Source: Acidobacteriota bacterium
GTDB lineage: Bacteria > Acidobacteriota > Terriglobia > Terriglobales > SCQP01
Direction: 5' to 3'
DNA length: 64,000 nt
Assembly: GCA_027459505.1 (NCBI GenBank)
Contig: DAIDIE010000021.1
Span: 16,803 to 80,802 of the forward strand
Part shown: positions 9,048 through 19,492 of the stretch, in pieces
Numbering within the stretch: position 1 is the first letter of the stretch
Layout: each line of letters opens with the position of its first letter
Position numbers and translations under genes: made by a program
Notes under the pieces: model-generated
What the model saw: the letters and a program-made list of their open reading frames with translations, nothing else
Told to the model about the DNA's origin: nothing
The model's database searches: none

Positions 9048-10190
9048 ATGCCCCTAATCGATCTGCAGGACGTCCGGCGCGCCTACCCCAGCCAAGGTGG
9101 GGATGTGGCCGCCTTGGACGGCATTTCACTGACCGTGGAAAAAGGCGAGTGGCTGGCCATCATGGGCCCCTCCGGGTCCGGCAAGACCACGCTGGTCAAC
9201 CTGATTGGCTGTCTCGACCGGCCCACCTCGGGCGCGCTGCTGATCGATGGAACCGACCTCGCCACGCTTTCACGGCGTGAGCTGACGCGCTTCCGCGCCG
9301 ACAAGATCGGATTCGTCTTCCAGCAGTTTCACCTGATTCCCTACCTCACCGCGGTGGAGAACGTCATGCTGGCGCAGCACTTCCACAGCATGTCGGACGA
9401 AAACGAGGCGCGGGACGCGCTCATCCGCGTCGGTCTGGAACATCGCCTGCATCATCTCCCGGCCCAACTCTCGGGTGGCGAGCAGCAGCGCGTTTCCATC
9501 GCGCGCGCCCTGATCAATGATCCCGCCATCATCCTTGCTGACGAGCCCACCGGCAACCTGGACGAGGCCAACGAAGGGCGGGTCATGGACTTGCTGCGCC
9601 ATGCGCACGAGGCCGGCAAGACGATTGTCATGGTCACCCACGACCCCACGATCGCCCGGCTGGCGGACCGTTGCATACAGCTTCACCATGGCCGCATCAG
9701 CGAAATCAGCATCTTCAGCAACCTGGAAGACGAAGAGTACGACGAGATCCTGGAGCAGCTCTGGATTATGCGGGAAAACGATGTCCCTCTCACCCAGGAA
9801 CACATCAACGTGCATGGCCCCATCCCGCTGGACCGCGCCTTACCCGGCATGCTGCGGCTGGGACTGTTGACACAAAAGGGGTCGCGTTTCGTTTTCACCG
9901 GCGTTGGCGAGCGGCGGGCCAGCGATATTGTGCGCCGGCACCGGCTTGCGGAGTTGCTGTTTTCCGAAACACTGCAACTGCGCGACGAGGCTGAACTGGA
10001 GGCACAGGCCTGCAAGTTCGAACACATCCTCAGCCCCGAAGCCACCACCCGTATCTGCACGTTCCTGGGCCACCCCGCCGCCTGTCCACACGGCAGCCCT
10101 ATTCCGCGGGGTGAATGCTGCCTGGCGGCCAACGGCGAGCGCGAAAAGAGCAGTTTGCTTTCCGCGCAGGACCTGGGCGCCAGAAGCTGA
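9048..10190 (+). CDS. ABC transporter ATP-binding protein fused to a DtxR-like metal-sensing domain
   Basis: Walker A GPSGSGKTT, signature LSGGEQQR, Walker B ILADEPTGNLD. The C-terminal roughly 150 aa then read EILEQLWIMRE...RRHRLAELLF...FEHILSPE...FLGHPAACPHGSPIP, as in DtxR/IdeR family proteins. Confidence 0.85.
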   Translation: MPLIDLQDVRRAYPSQGGDVAALDGISLTVEKGEWLAIMGPSGSGKTTLVNLIGCLDRPTSGALLIDGTDLATLSRRELTRFRADKIGFVFQQFHLIPYLTAVENVMLAQHFHSMSDENEARDALIRVGLEHRLHHLPAQLSGGEQQRVSIARALINDPAIILADEPTGNLDEANEGRVMDLLRHAHEAGKTIVMVTHDPTIARLADRCIQLHHGRISEISIFSNLEDEEYDEILEQLWIMRENDVPLTQEHINVHGPIPLDRALPGMLRLGLLTQKGSRFVFTGVGERRASDIVRRHRLAELLFSETLQLRDEAELEAQACKFEHILSPEATTRICTFLGHPAACPHGSPIPRGECCLAANGEREKSSLLSAQDLGARS

Positions 10191-10239
10191 GCCCAGGCAC
10201 GTGGATCGCCTCACTCGCAAGGACCTAACGCGTTCGCTT

Positions 10240-10815
10240 CTAACTCGATAAGCCGCCCAGATCTTCGCTGCAGTCCACATCCACAGCCGCGTTTGGCATG
10301 TCCACGGGCGTGACGAGTTCCGGATGGGAACGCAGCAACTGCCGCGCTCCCACATCCCCGCTCAGGCGCAACAGCTGCGCGAAAACCGTGCGGCTAAAGA
10401 TTGCGGGAACCCCCAGAACTCCCTGGTAGCGCGCCGCGGTTATGGGGCGTAGCTGGTGCGCCGTTAGCAGCCCTCTCAAATCCTCGGCCGTAATGCGCCA
10501 CTGATCGCAGGTCAGGATCAGCGCCGCCTCAACATCGCCGTCGAGCGCCGAGATGCCGCAGCGGATCGAACTCGCCATACCTTCTTGCCAGGCAGCATTC
10601 ACCCGAAGCTGAAGGGGAAGGTCGCGCAACTGCGACGCGACCGGATCGCGTTCCGCGGCCGTCACCACGACGACCGGGGCGGCCGCGAGCGCTAACGCGC
10701 GCTCGGCGGCGAGGCGCACCAGCGAGGCTCCGTTTCTCGACAGCAATTGTTTAGAAACGCCCAGGCGCCGCGAGGCGCCCGCCGCCAGCACCACCGTGGC
10801 GAGGCGTATTGGCAT
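10240..10815 (-). CDS. MobA/MocA-like nucleotidyltransferase (molybdenum cofactor cytidylyltransferase-like)
   Basis: N-terminal VVLAAGASRRLG..KQLL motif. Lies directly downstream of xdhC and the Mo-enzyme genes. Confidence 0.75.
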   Translation of the reverse strand: MPIRLATVVLAAGASRRLGVSKQLLSRNGASLVRLAAERALALAAAPVVVVTAAERDPVASQLRDLPLQLRVNAAWQEGMASSIRCGISALDGDVEAALILTCDQWRITAEDLRGLLTAHQLRPITAARYQGVLGVPAIFSRTVFAQLLRLSGDVGARQLLRSHPELVTPVDMPNAAVDVDCSEDLGGLSS

Positions 10816-10816
10816 T

Positions 10817-12028
10817 TCAGCAGCCTCGCTTCATGAATGCGGCAGCGTCTTCCGGCTGTGTTGATTCCGGCAGTTTGTTGCGATGCAGAGGGCCCGAGAG
10901 GTTGCGCAGCGAACGCGCGCTGGCATGAGCCATTGCCGCCTGCACCTCGGCGAGCACGGCGAGCGCAATCTCCTCCGGCGTTTCCGCGCCCAAATCCAAT
11001 CCCATCGGTGTGTGGAGATTGGCTCTGCTTTGCAGGTTGGGATTGAGTTCCGCGATGGTCTCCAGCAACTTGGCTCCGCGGCGCCGTGATCCCAGCACCC
11101 CAAGATATGGCAACGGTAACGCCAGCAAGGCCGGCACGAGATGACAGTCCGCCACGAAATCATGGCTGGTGACGACTGCGGCAGTGCGCTGAAGTGAGGA
11201 CCGCCGGTCCCAAGCCAGTTCCTGCAGAATGTGCTCGACTGGAGCGGCGATCACGCGTTCGGCGGCCGGATACTGTTCTATGGTGATCGGGTGGCGTTGA
11301 TCGGCCATTATTACCTGCCAACCCAATTCCTGGGCCATCCGTGTCAACGGGGGAGCACTTGGCCCGGCGCCAAAGACGACCAGTTGCACTGGAGGCACCG
11401 CCAACTCGAAGGCCATCTGCACGCGCCCGCTGCCGAGCGCAAACCAGAGCGGGTCCACTCCCCCTGGCCGGGCCTGTCCGGTAGGCCAAACATCTCCGGC
11501 ATGATCCAACCAACTCTTCACCAAAGCCCGGAGTTGCGGCAGCAGCGGCTGCAACCCTGGGGCATGGAGTTCTTCCCCACTCTCGGAAATGGCCGCGGAG
11601 TCACCCAAACGCACATCCATGATTCCGTCCCGGCGAATGACAGTGGCTAAAACGCAGCGCTGCCGCCGCTGCCGGAAACGCCACAAGGCGTCGATGGATT
11701 CCGCCTGATCGAGCCGCTGTAGTAGAACATCCACTGTCCCCTGACAGCCCATGCCCATACCCCAGATGCGGTCCCGCTCGGATTCGGTGTTGTAACTCAG
11801 CAGCACTGGCGACGCCGCCGGTCCGGCAAGCAACGGCTCGGCATGCTGCAGCACATCTTTTTCCAGGCAACCGCCGCTGATGTGTCCGGCGAGGCGGCCT
11901 TCGCGGCTGACCAGCATCCGTGCCCCTACATGCCGCGACGCTGAGCCGGTGACGTGGACCACCGTGGCCAGCACTGCCGGCTCAGCCTGTTTCTGTCGCC
12001 AGCGGAAGATCTCAGCCAGCGTCTTCAT
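10817..12028 (-). CDS. XdhC/CoxI family molybdoenzyme maturation protein
   Basis: XdhC-type N-terminal region (ATVVHVTGSASRHVGARMLV) and a Rossmann half (LVVFGAGPSAPPL). Overlaps the iorB-like gene by 4 nt. Confidence 0.8.
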   Translation of the reverse strand: MKTLAEIFRWRQKQAEPAVLATVVHVTGSASRHVGARMLVSREGRLAGHISGGCLEKDVLQHAEPLLAGPAASPVLLSYNTESERDRIWGMGMGCQGTVDVLLQRLDQAESIDALWRFRQRRQRCVLATVIRRDGIMDVRLGDSAAISESGEELHAPGLQPLLPQLRALVKSWLDHAGDVWPTGQARPGGVDPLWFALGSGRVQMAFELAVPPVQLVVFGAGPSAPPLTRMAQELGWQVIMADQRHPITIEQYPAAERVIAAPVEHILQELAWDRRSSLQRTAAVVTSHDFVADCHLVPALLALPLPYLGVLGSRRRGAKLLETIAELNPNLQSRANLHTPMGLDLGAETPEEIALAVLAEVQAAMAHASARSLRNLSGPLHRNKLPESTQPEDAAAFMKRGC

Positions 12029-14217
12029 CCCTGGAAATCCTCGGCAGTGATTGGGAGCCGCCGCAATCGTTTGCCGGTGAGAGCGAACAGGGCATTAAAT
12101 ACCGCGGGAGAAACGCCGGCCACCGGAGGCTCGCCCAGACCTCCGGGCCGATCGCTACCAGGGGCAAAATGAATCTCAATCAGCGGCGCCTGGGGCATAC
12201 GTAGCACCGGGAAGTCATAGAAATTGTGCTGCTGGGGCTCGCCGTTCCTGATCGTAACGGCCTGATCGAACGTCATGGAAAGGCCAAAGATGATCGCGCT
12301 CTCCGCTTGCATGCGCGCCAGCTCCGGATTCACCACAGTTCCACAATCGATGACCGCGACAATGCGATGCACACGGGGCAGCTGGTTTTCCAGAGAAACT
12401 TCGGCAACTTGCGAGACATAGGTGTGCGCCCAATCCAGCACCGTGCAGGAGATACCCCGCGCGCGACCCTTGGGCGGCGGTGTTCCCCAGCCGGCCCTTT
12501 CGGCGGCCAGTTCCAAAACGCGGCGCAGGCGCGCTGGGTAGAGCTTTCCATGGCCGGTATCGATGGGTTCATCGCCGGCCAACAGGCCGCGGCGGAACTC
12601 GAACGGGTCCTGCCCGGCAGCCGCCGCCAATTCGTCCACAAAAACTTCGTTCGCAAAACCGTTCTGATTGGGATAAACGCCGCGCAACCAACCGACGCGC
12701 ACAGGTAAATCCTCGTGTGTGGACTGCTCAATGCGAATCGCGGGAATGCGGTAATGCACATCGCTGGCGCCGTCAACAACCGAACCTTCCAGCTTTCTGG
12801 CGTCAAAATGTTTCTTGTCCTGCGCCGCAGGCGTGGGGCTGGAGACGCGATGGCGCCAGCTCACCACCTGACCGCTGCCGTCGATTCCGGCACGCAAGGC
12901 ATGAACAGTGGGAGGACGGAAAGCGTCATGGCGAACATCATCCTCGCGGGTCCAGATCACCTGCACCGGACGCCCGAGCGCCCGCGCCACCAACGCGGCC
13001 TCCACCCCATAGTCGCTCTCCAGGCGGCGGCCAAACCCGCCTCCCATCAGCGTCACGTTGACCAGCACCTTGTCCGGACTGATATCCAACGCCTTCGCCA
13101 CATCCATCTGCACGCGTGTCGGGTTTTGTGTTGGCGCCCAGAGCGTACAGTGGCCGTTGCTCACTTCCGCCGTGCAGTTCATTGGCTCCATGGCGACGTG
13201 CGCCAGGAAAGGCGTCTCATAAACCGCTTCAACTTTCTTCGACGCGGCCTGGAACGCCCCCTCCTCATTGCCTTCATCGCGCGCGACGTTGCCGGGCTGG
13301 CGCACGCTCTGGTGCATGAGGGCAAAGATGGAGCCGGTACTCTGCAGCGCGCGCGGGCCCGGGTTCCAACGCACTTTCAAGGCGCGCTGACCTTCAAAGG
13401 CGGCCCAGGTGTTGGTCGCAATCACTGCCACCGCGTGCGGCAGCTTCACCGTTTGCAACACGCCAGGAATCCGGCGCGCGGCGCTGTCGTTATAGGAGAG
13501 CAGTTCGGCTTCGACAACCGGCCAGCGTTCCAATGCGGCGAAGACCATATTGGGGCGGCGCACATCGATGCCGTATTGTGCTTTGCCGGCAACGATGGCC
13601 GGGCCATCGACGCGATCCAGCGACTTGCCCACCAGGGTACGCTGCGCGGCGCCTTTCAGCGCGGGCGACTCCTCCAGCGGCTGCCGGGCCGCTTCTTCCG
13701 CCAACTCTCCGTAACTGAGCCGCTTCCCGCTGGCGCTGTGAATGACGTAGCTGTTGAAGGTGGAGCATTCCCCGGGCTTAACGCGCCAGCGCTGAGCCGC
13801 CGCTCCAATCAGGGCCAGCCGCGCCTGCGCGCCCGCTTTGCGCAGTGGATCCCAGCTGCCCATCACGCTCGTGCTGCCACCAGTACCCATGGGGCCGAAC
13901 TTGGGCAAGGTGGGGGCTTGTTCGACGCGAACGCGGCTCCAGTCGGCGTCCATTTCATCCGCCAGGATCTGCGGCAGCGCGGTGCGCACGCCCTGTCCCA
14001 TTTCCGATTTTCCCACCCAGATGTAGATATCGCCATTGGGCGCCACTTGCACCCAGGCATTGGGCGCCCAGGCCTGCGTGGGAGGATCGCCGGCCGCGGG
14101 GGTTGCTGAACCAGGTACCGCGAGCTGGGCCGCCCGCGCCAGAGGCGCGTTGAAGAAGACACCCACCAGAAGGCCAGCGGCACCGCCGGCCAGAAACTCG
14201 CGCCGTGCGATGCTCAT
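12025..14217 (-). CDS. molybdopterin-binding oxidoreductase large subunit (IorB / aldehyde oxidase family), Tat-signal
   Basis: Twin-arginine leader [17 protein letters not shown]. 730 aa with xanthine dehydrogenase family a/b-hammerhead and MoCo-binding regions. Confidence 0.9.
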   Translation of the reverse strand: MSIARREFLAGGAAGLLVGVFFNAPLARAAQLAVPGSATPAAGDPPTQAWAPNAWVQVAPNGDIYIWVGKSEMGQGVRTALPQILADEMDADWSRVRVEQAPTLPKFGPMGTGGSTSVMGSWDPLRKAGAQARLALIGAAAQRWRVKPGECSTFNSYVIHSASGKRLSYGELAEEAARQPLEESPALKGAAQRTLVGKSLDRVDGPAIVAGKAQYGIDVRRPNMVFAALERWPVVEAELLSYNDSAARRIPGVLQTVKLPHAVAVIATNTWAAFEGQRALKVRWNPGPRALQSTGSIFALMHQSVRQPGNVARDEGNEEGAFQAASKKVEAVYETPFLAHVAMEPMNCTAEVSNGHCTLWAPTQNPTRVQMDVAKALDISPDKVLVNVTLMGGGFGRRLESDYGVEAALVARALGRPVQVIWTREDDVRHDAFRPPTVHALRAGIDGSGQVVSWRHRVSSPTPAAQDKKHFDARKLEGSVVDGASDVHYRIPAIRIEQSTHEDLPVRVGWLRGVYPNQNGFANEVFVDELAAAAGQDPFEFRRGLLAGDEPIDTGHGKLYPARLRRVLELAAERAGWGTPPPKGRARGISCTVLDWAHTYVSQVAEVSLENQLPRVHRIVAVIDCGTVVNPELARMQAESAIIFGLSMTFDQAVTIRNGEPQQHNFYDFPVLRMPQAPLIEIHFAPGSDRPGGLGEPPVAGVSPAVFNALFALTGKRLRRLPITAEDFQG

Positions 14218-14747
14218 CGCTGCCCTCCGCTACCCGCCGGAATGGCGTGCCGGGGCTTGCCCTCCGCCATCCTGCGCGCCGACTCGTGAATGGCTTTGCG
14301 GATGGTGTTGTAAGTGCCACACCGGCAGATGTTCCCGCTCATGGACGAGTCAATCTCTTCATCGCTGGGATGGGGATTGCTGGCCAGCAGCGCGGTTGCC
14401 GACATGATCTGCCCAACCTGACAGTAGCCGCATTGCGCCACTCCCAGTTCCAGCCAGACCTGCTGCACCGGGTGCGGCGTCCGGGAATCCCCGGTCCCGG
14501 AGCCCGCCGCCAATCCCTCGATCGTGGTGATGTGTTTGCCTTCCAGGTGGCCCACCTGCAACTGACAGGAGCGCATGGCCACGCCATCGACATGCACGGT
14601 GCAGGCGCCGCAGAGGCCGGCGCCGCAACCGAACTTGGTGCCGGTCAGCCCCAGATTGTCGCGCAGCGCCCATAACAGGGGTTGCTCGGCTGGGGCAGCG
14701 ACCATGAATTGACGGCCGTTGATGAGCAGGGCGAAGGCTTTGGGCAT
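14214..14747 (-). CDS. (2Fe-2S)-binding small subunit (IorA-like)
   Basis: [12 protein letters not shown] and CGYC...CRCGTY motifs. Overlaps the large subunit by 4 nt. Confidence 0.9.
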   Translation of the reverse strand: MPKAFALLINGRQFMVAAPAEQPLLWALRDNLGLTGTKFGCGAGLCGACTVHVDGVAMRSCQLQVGHLEGKHITTIEGLAAGSGTGDSRTPHPVQQVWLELGVAQCGYCQVGQIMSATALLASNPHPSDEEIDSSMSGNICRCGTYNTIRKAIHESARRMAEGKPRHAIPAGSGGQR

Positions 14748-14856
14748 AGGGCCTCACGGCGCGGTGAAGTGCGACAAGCAAATTTTATCGCCTCCGCGCC
14801 TGAAAACCGACTGCGCTTGTGGAGCAATTCACTCGTCTTGACTCCGTTAGGAGTTC

Positions 14857-16017
14857 CTAAAGAGCGCGCAGGAGCGCGGCCAGGAGCGCCACGCGCGATT
14901 CAATTTGACCGGCCAGGATGTGTTCATCCGCGGAGTGCGCTCCCGCACCACACATGCCCAGTCCGTCCAGTGTTGGTATCCCCAGCGCGGCGGTGAAGTT
15001 CCCATCCGAGGCGCCGCCGGTCGCCGCCTCGCGCAGCTCAATGCCGAGTCCGCGTCCAACCTCGGCCGCACGGGCGAACAAGGCGCCAATTGCGGCGCTC
15101 CGCTCCATTGGAGGGCGATTCACCCCACCCTGCAGATCGAGCCGGACGCGTTTATCCATAGCGGCCAGAGCGCGCAGCTTGCTGTCGACCTCCCGCAGGT
15201 CGGATGCCCGCCAGGCGCGCACGTCCAATTCCAGACTGGCATGTTGGGCCACAACATTGGCCTTGGTGCCACCCTCAATCACCCCGGGATTGATGGTGAC
15301 GCCTTCCGGCAGCTGCCAGTCATTGATGGTGACAATCTGCCGCGCCAACTCGGCAATGGCGCTGGCGCCCAAGGTGGGATCGACCCCGGCATGAGCGGCG
15401 CGGCCCTCGACGTTCAGACGATAGCCGGCAATCCCCTTGCGCGCCGTCTTCAGCGCACCCTTTAGATCAGCGGCGAATTCCAGCACCAACACTGCATCGG
15501 CGCCGCGCGCCAGCCGCTCGGTCAAGGACCGCGACGATGGACTGCCAATCTCCTCGTCGCTCACCCACAGGAATTTCAGCCCCCGGCGGTGCCCAACGGC
15601 GGCGCTCTCTGATTTGAAAAGGCGCAGCGCATACAATGCGGCTAGAATGCCGCCCTTCATATCCAGCGCCCCGGGGCCATACCAGCGCTGTTCGCTACCC
15701 TGCCCCTCCCGGTGCAGCCGGGGTGCCAGCGTCTGCAGCGGGTAAACCGTATCCAGGTGGCCCAGGATCAACAGGTACCCGTCCGCGGCCTTGACGCCCG
15801 CGTCTCCGTAAGTCAGCTCCCAGTGGTCACCCAGATCGGCATTCGCGTGCCGGCGCCCAGAGCAGCCCTCCGCCACAAACGCCGTGGCTACGCTTTCTCC
15901 AAAGCGGTCGACGGCGCTCTTCACGCGGCTGGGGCTCTGCGTCGCCACCCAGACGTCCAGCTCCCGGCCAAACTCCTCGAGGCTCCACCTGTTGGGCATG
16001 GTTTCTTTCCTGAACAC
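14857..16017 (-). CDS. M20 family metallopeptidase (carboxypeptidase G2-like)
   Basis: LILGHLDTVYP, DMKGG and VSDEEIGSPSS motifs of M20/M25/M40 peptidases. Confidence 0.85.
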   Translation of the reverse strand: MFRKETMPNRWSLEEFGRELDVWVATQSPSRVKSAVDRFGESVATAFVAEGCSGRRHANADLGDHWELTYGDAGVKAADGYLLILGHLDTVYPLQTLAPRLHREGQGSEQRWYGPGALDMKGGILAALYALRLFKSESAAVGHRRGLKFLWVSDEEIGSPSSRSLTERLARGADAVLVLEFAADLKGALKTARKGIAGYRLNVEGRAAHAGVDPTLGASAIAELARQIVTINDWQLPEGVTINPGVIEGGTKANVVAQHASLELDVRAWRASDLREVDSKLRALAAMDKRVRLDLQGGVNRPPMERSAAIGALFARAAEVGRGLGIELREAATGGASDGNFTAALGIPTLDGLGMCGAGAHSADEHILAGQIESRVALLAALLRAL

Positions 16018-16118
16018 GCTTTCAAAACGATGCGCTCACGTCCTTCACTCGGCTGAATTTCCGCCAATTGCGCCACCGCTCGTTATAATGATGAATTGTT
16101 ATTTCCCAGCGAGAACCC

Positions 16119-16640
16119 ATGAACGAAGTCGTTACTCCCCCGCCTCCAACCAGTGGGTCTGCCGAGACCAGCGGCGACAGCGGCGGGAAGCTGGCGGTGC
16201 CGATCGGCATTCAGCGCATTTTGCAGTTGCTGCCGCACCGTTATCCTTTCCTGTTGCTGGACCGTATTATCGCCTTTGAGCCACGCGTCCGCATCGTGGC
16301 GCTGAAGAACGTCACCGTCAACGAACCGTTTTTCCAGGGGCATTTCCCGGGCCAGCCGATCATGCCGGGCGTGCTGCTGCTGGAAGCGCTGGCGCAAGCG
16401 GGCGCCGTGCTCATCATGCACGAATCCGATCGTCCGGAAGAGAAGCTGATCTTCTTTACCGGCGTCGACGAGTGCCGCTTCCGCCGCCCAGTTGTCCCCG
16501 GCGATCAATTGCATCTGCATGTGGACGTGCTGGTGTTCCGCCGCAATGTCGGCCGCATGAAAGGGCAGGTGATGGTGGATGGCAAGCTGGTGGCCGAAGC
16601 CATGCTCAGTTGCCACGTCGTCGACCGCAGCCGCGAATAA
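16119..16640 (+). CDS. fabZ: 3-hydroxyacyl-ACP dehydratase FabZ
   Basis: LLPHRYPFLLLDRI...FFQGHFPGQPIMPGVL hotdog-fold signature. Confidence 0.9.
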   Translation: MNEVVTPPPPTSGSAETSGDSGGKLAVPIGIQRILQLLPHRYPFLLLDRIIAFEPRVRIVALKNVTVNEPFFQGHFPGQPIMPGVLLLEALAQAGAVLIMHESDRPEEKLIFFTGVDECRFRRPVVPGDQLHLHVDVLVFRRNVGRMKGQVMVDGKLVAEAMLSCHVVDRSRE

Positions 16641-16649
16641 AGGCCGAGA

Positions 16650-17417
16650 ATGCCCATCGACCCGACTGCTCAGATCAGCTCCCTGGCCCGCGTGCCCGCT
16701 TCCAGCCATATCGGCCCCTTTTGCGTGATTGGCGCCGAAGTGGAACTGGGGGAGGACTGCCGTCTGGAATCACATGTGGTTATTGACGGTCCCACCGTCA
16801 TTGGCGCCGGCAATCACTTTTTCCCCTTCAGCACGGTCGGCGTGGCGCCCCAGGATCTCTCCTACAAAGGCGAGCCAACGCGGCTGGAGATGGGCGATAA
16901 CAACACTGTGCGCGAGTTCTGCAGCATTCATCGCGGCACAGTCAAAGGCGGCGGCCTCACCCGCATTGGCAGCCGCAACCTGCTGATGGCCTACACCCAC
17001 ATCGCGCACGACTGCATGGTGGGCAATGACTGCATCTTCGCCAATGCCGCCACTCTCGGTGGCCATGTCAGCGTAGGCGACTTTGCCGCGGTGGGCGCTT
17101 TCAGCCCGGTACACCAGTTTGTGCGCGTTGGGCGGCACGCCTACATTGGCGGCGGCACGGTCGTCACGCAGGACGTATTGCCGTTCAGCAAGACCTCGGC
17201 AAGCCGCGAGAATGCCGCCTACGGCCCCAACAAGGTGGGCCTGGAGCGGCGCGGTTTTACCTCCGAACAGATCCGGGCGTTGAGCCGCGCCTTCCGCAGC
17301 CTGCACATGATGAACACCTCGCAGGCGCTGGAACAGATCCAGTCCGAGCCGCTCAGCAACGAGGTACGCGAACTGGTGGAGTTCATCCAGGGCAGCGAGC
17401 GCGGCTTTATCAAGTAG
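16650..17417 (+). CDS. lpxA: acyl-ACP--UDP-N-acetylglucosamine O-acyltransferase LpxA
   Basis: Left-handed beta-helix hexapeptide repeats, a C-terminal helical domain, and position after fabZ. Confidence 0.9.
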   Translation: MPIDPTAQISSLARVPASSHIGPFCVIGAEVELGEDCRLESHVVIDGPTVIGAGNHFFPFSTVGVAPQDLSYKGEPTRLEMGDNNTVREFCSIHRGTVKGGGLTRIGSRNLLMAYTHIAHDCMVGNDCIFANAATLGGHVSVGDFAAVGAFSPVHQFVRVGRHAYIGGGTVVTQDVLPFSKTSASRENAAYGPNKVGLERRGFTSEQIRALSRAFRSLHMMNTSQALEQIQSEPLSNEVRELVEFIQGSERGFIK

Positions 17418-17428
17418 ATGAACCTGTT

Positions 17429-18313
17429 ATGAGCACCAGCCTGCAAACGGACCAGCCGCTTGGCCTCATCGCCGGCAACGGCCGCTTCCCTTTCCTGGTA
17501 CTGGATGCGGCGCGCAGCCAGGGGCTGCACGTGGTAGTGGCCGCGATCCGCGAAGAAACCGACCCGGCGCTGGAAGCGCGGGCGGCACAGATGGGCGGAC
17601 GCACGCAATGGCTCAGCCTCGGGCAACTGGGAAAATTGATCGAGTTCTTTCAGGCCGCCGGCGTCCGGCAGGCGCTGATGGCTGGCCAGGTCAAGCATAA
17701 GCAAATTTTTTCCCGGCTTCGTCCGGACTGGCGCATGGTCAAACTCTTGGCTTCGCTGGCCACCAAAAACACCGACGGCCTGCTCGGGGCGGTGGTGAAT
17801 TGTCTGCAGGCGGAGGGCATTGAACTGATCCATTCCACCGTGCTGCTGCAGCCATTGCTGGCGACCGAAGGCCCGCTGACCGCGCGTGCGCTGAATGAAC
17901 AGGAGCGCGCAAACGCCGACTACGGTCTGCGCGTTGCGCGCCATCTTGCCGCGATGGATATTGGTCAGACTGTGGTCATCTCCGATTCCGCCTGTGTCGC
18001 CGCCGAAGCCATGGAAGGAACCGACGCAACCATTCGCCGCGCCGGAACGCTGGTCGAAGGCCACCCTCTCACCGTTGTCAAGGTGGCCAAGCCGAAGCAG
18101 GACCTGCGTTTCGACGTGCCTGTTATCGGGCCGGCCAGCATCGCCGCCATGCGCGATGCCGGCGCCACCGCCCTGATTGTCGAGGCGGGCATTACCTTAC
18201 TGATTGACCGGGAAGAGCTGGTGCAAAAGGCCACCCAGGCGGATATCGCTATCGAAGGCGTAGCCCGGCTTAGCCCGCAGGCGGCGCCCGCCGCATCAGG
18301 AGCACAACCGTGA
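17429..18313 (+). CDS. lpxI: UDP-2,3-diacylglucosamine pyrophosphatase LpxI (DUF1009)
   Basis: GLIAGNGRFPFLV N-terminus and a DIGQTVV motif. Lies in the conserved position after lpxA. Confidence 0.8.
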   Translation: MSTSLQTDQPLGLIAGNGRFPFLVLDAARSQGLHVVVAAIREETDPALEARAAQMGGRTQWLSLGQLGKLIEFFQAAGVRQALMAGQVKHKQIFSRLRPDWRMVKLLASLATKNTDGLLGAVVNCLQAEGIELIHSTVLLQPLLATEGPLTARALNEQERANADYGLRVARHLAAMDIGQTVVISDSACVAAEAMEGTDATIRRAGTLVEGHPLTVVKVAKPKQDLRFDVPVIGPASIAAMRDAGATALIVEAGITLLIDREELVQKATQADIAIEGVARLSPQAAPAASGAQP

Positions 18314-19293
18314 GTTCTCCAGAGATCAAAGTGGCGGTGGTGGGCTGCGGCGTCTTTGGGCGCCATCATGCGCGTAACTATTGCCAGATCCCCGGCGCCC
18401 GGCTGGTGGGCGTCTACGATCCCGATCCCGCACGCGCACAAGCGCTGGCGGCGGAGTTCGAAACGCAGGTCTTCGCCAGTCTTGACGAATTGAGCGGCGC
18501 CGCGCAAGCGGCGACTATCGCCGCCCCCACCGGCGTGCACGCTGCAGTCGCACTGCCCTTGCTTGAGGCCGGCGTCGACCTGCTGATTGAGAAACCGCTG
18601 GCTGGCAGCCTGGAGCAGGCCGATACGATCATCGCCGCCGCTGCGCGCTACGGCCGCGTCCTGCAGGTCGGTCATTTGGAGCGCTTTAATCCCAGTGTTC
18701 AACTGGTGCGGCCACGCATCACGCGGCCTTTATTTTTCGAGGTGCACCGGCTCAGCGTGTTCTCTCCCCGCAGCCTGGATGTGGATGTGCTGCTGGACCT
18801 CATGATTCATGACCTGGACCTGGTACACAGCTTCGTGAACGACGAGGTTCAGGATATCCAAGCGGTTGGGCTGCCAATCTTGTCATCCAAAGTTGACATT
18901 GCCAACGTACGGGTCACCTTTCAGCGCGGCTGCGTGGCGAACTTTACCGCCAGCCGCGTGAGCACCGAAAAGGTCCGGAAAATGCGCTTTTTCCAGCCCG
19001 GAGAGTACGTTTCTCTGGACTACACGCGCCAGGACGCGCTCATCTTTCAGCTTGGCAAGCCGGAGCGCTCGCCCATGCCGCAAATCAACAAGGTGCACCT
19101 CACCAGTCCCCCGGTCGAGCCCCTGCGCGCGGAGTTGGAAGCGTTTCTCCACTCCGTAAGGACACGCGACGAGCCCGAAGTCAGTGGCGCGCAGGCCCGC
19201 CGTGCCCTGGCCACCGCGTTGCGTGCCGCGACGGCCATTCATCTGCATCTGGCCGGTCTGGGAATTGAAAAAAACTTACGCCCATCTGGGTGA
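18310..19293 (+). CDS. Gfo/Idh/MocA family oxidoreductase
   Basis: N-terminal Rossmann fold KVAVVGCGVFGRHHA and an EKPLA motif. The GTG start overlaps the lpxI stop. Confidence 0.85.
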   Translation: MSSPEIKVAVVGCGVFGRHHARNYCQIPGARLVGVYDPDPARAQALAAEFETQVFASLDELSGAAQAATIAAPTGVHAAVALPLLEAGVDLLIEKPLAGSLEQADTIIAAAARYGRVLQVGHLERFNPSVQLVRPRITRPLFFEVHRLSVFSPRSLDVDVLLDLMIHDLDLVHSFVNDEVQDIQAVGLPILSSKVDIANVRVTFQRGCVANFTASRVSTEKVRKMRFFQPGEYVSLDYTRQDALIFQLGKPERSPMPQINKVHLTSPPVEPLRAELEAFLHSVRTRDEPEVSGAQARRALATALRAATAIHLHLAGLGIEKNLRPSG

Positions 19294-19492
19294 CCGTCCG
19301 GCACCCCCGCACGTCCATAGATTGTCGTAGTGCGCAGCAAGCAAAGACCTTAGCTTCAGGACGCGCCGGGCAGTGTTGCGCCCTGACTGTTATCATGGAT
19401 GTCACGCACCCTCAAGCAAGCCTCCCCGGCCCAGCCGACGAATTCAACGGCGCGGGTCTCAAGAGCGTGCCTCGCGTGGAACTCAGGTGGGA

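Noticed and set aside
12715-14109. 464-aa ORF on the + strand, plus similar long antisense ORFs at 19754-20833, 23343-24569, 32280-33365, 33438-34445, 37308-38294, 17219-18064, 50241-51065 and 52797-53681
   Set aside because: Each overlaps a confidently identified gene on the opposite strand. Each has an Arg/Ala/Gly/Pro-biased composition with no recognisable domain.
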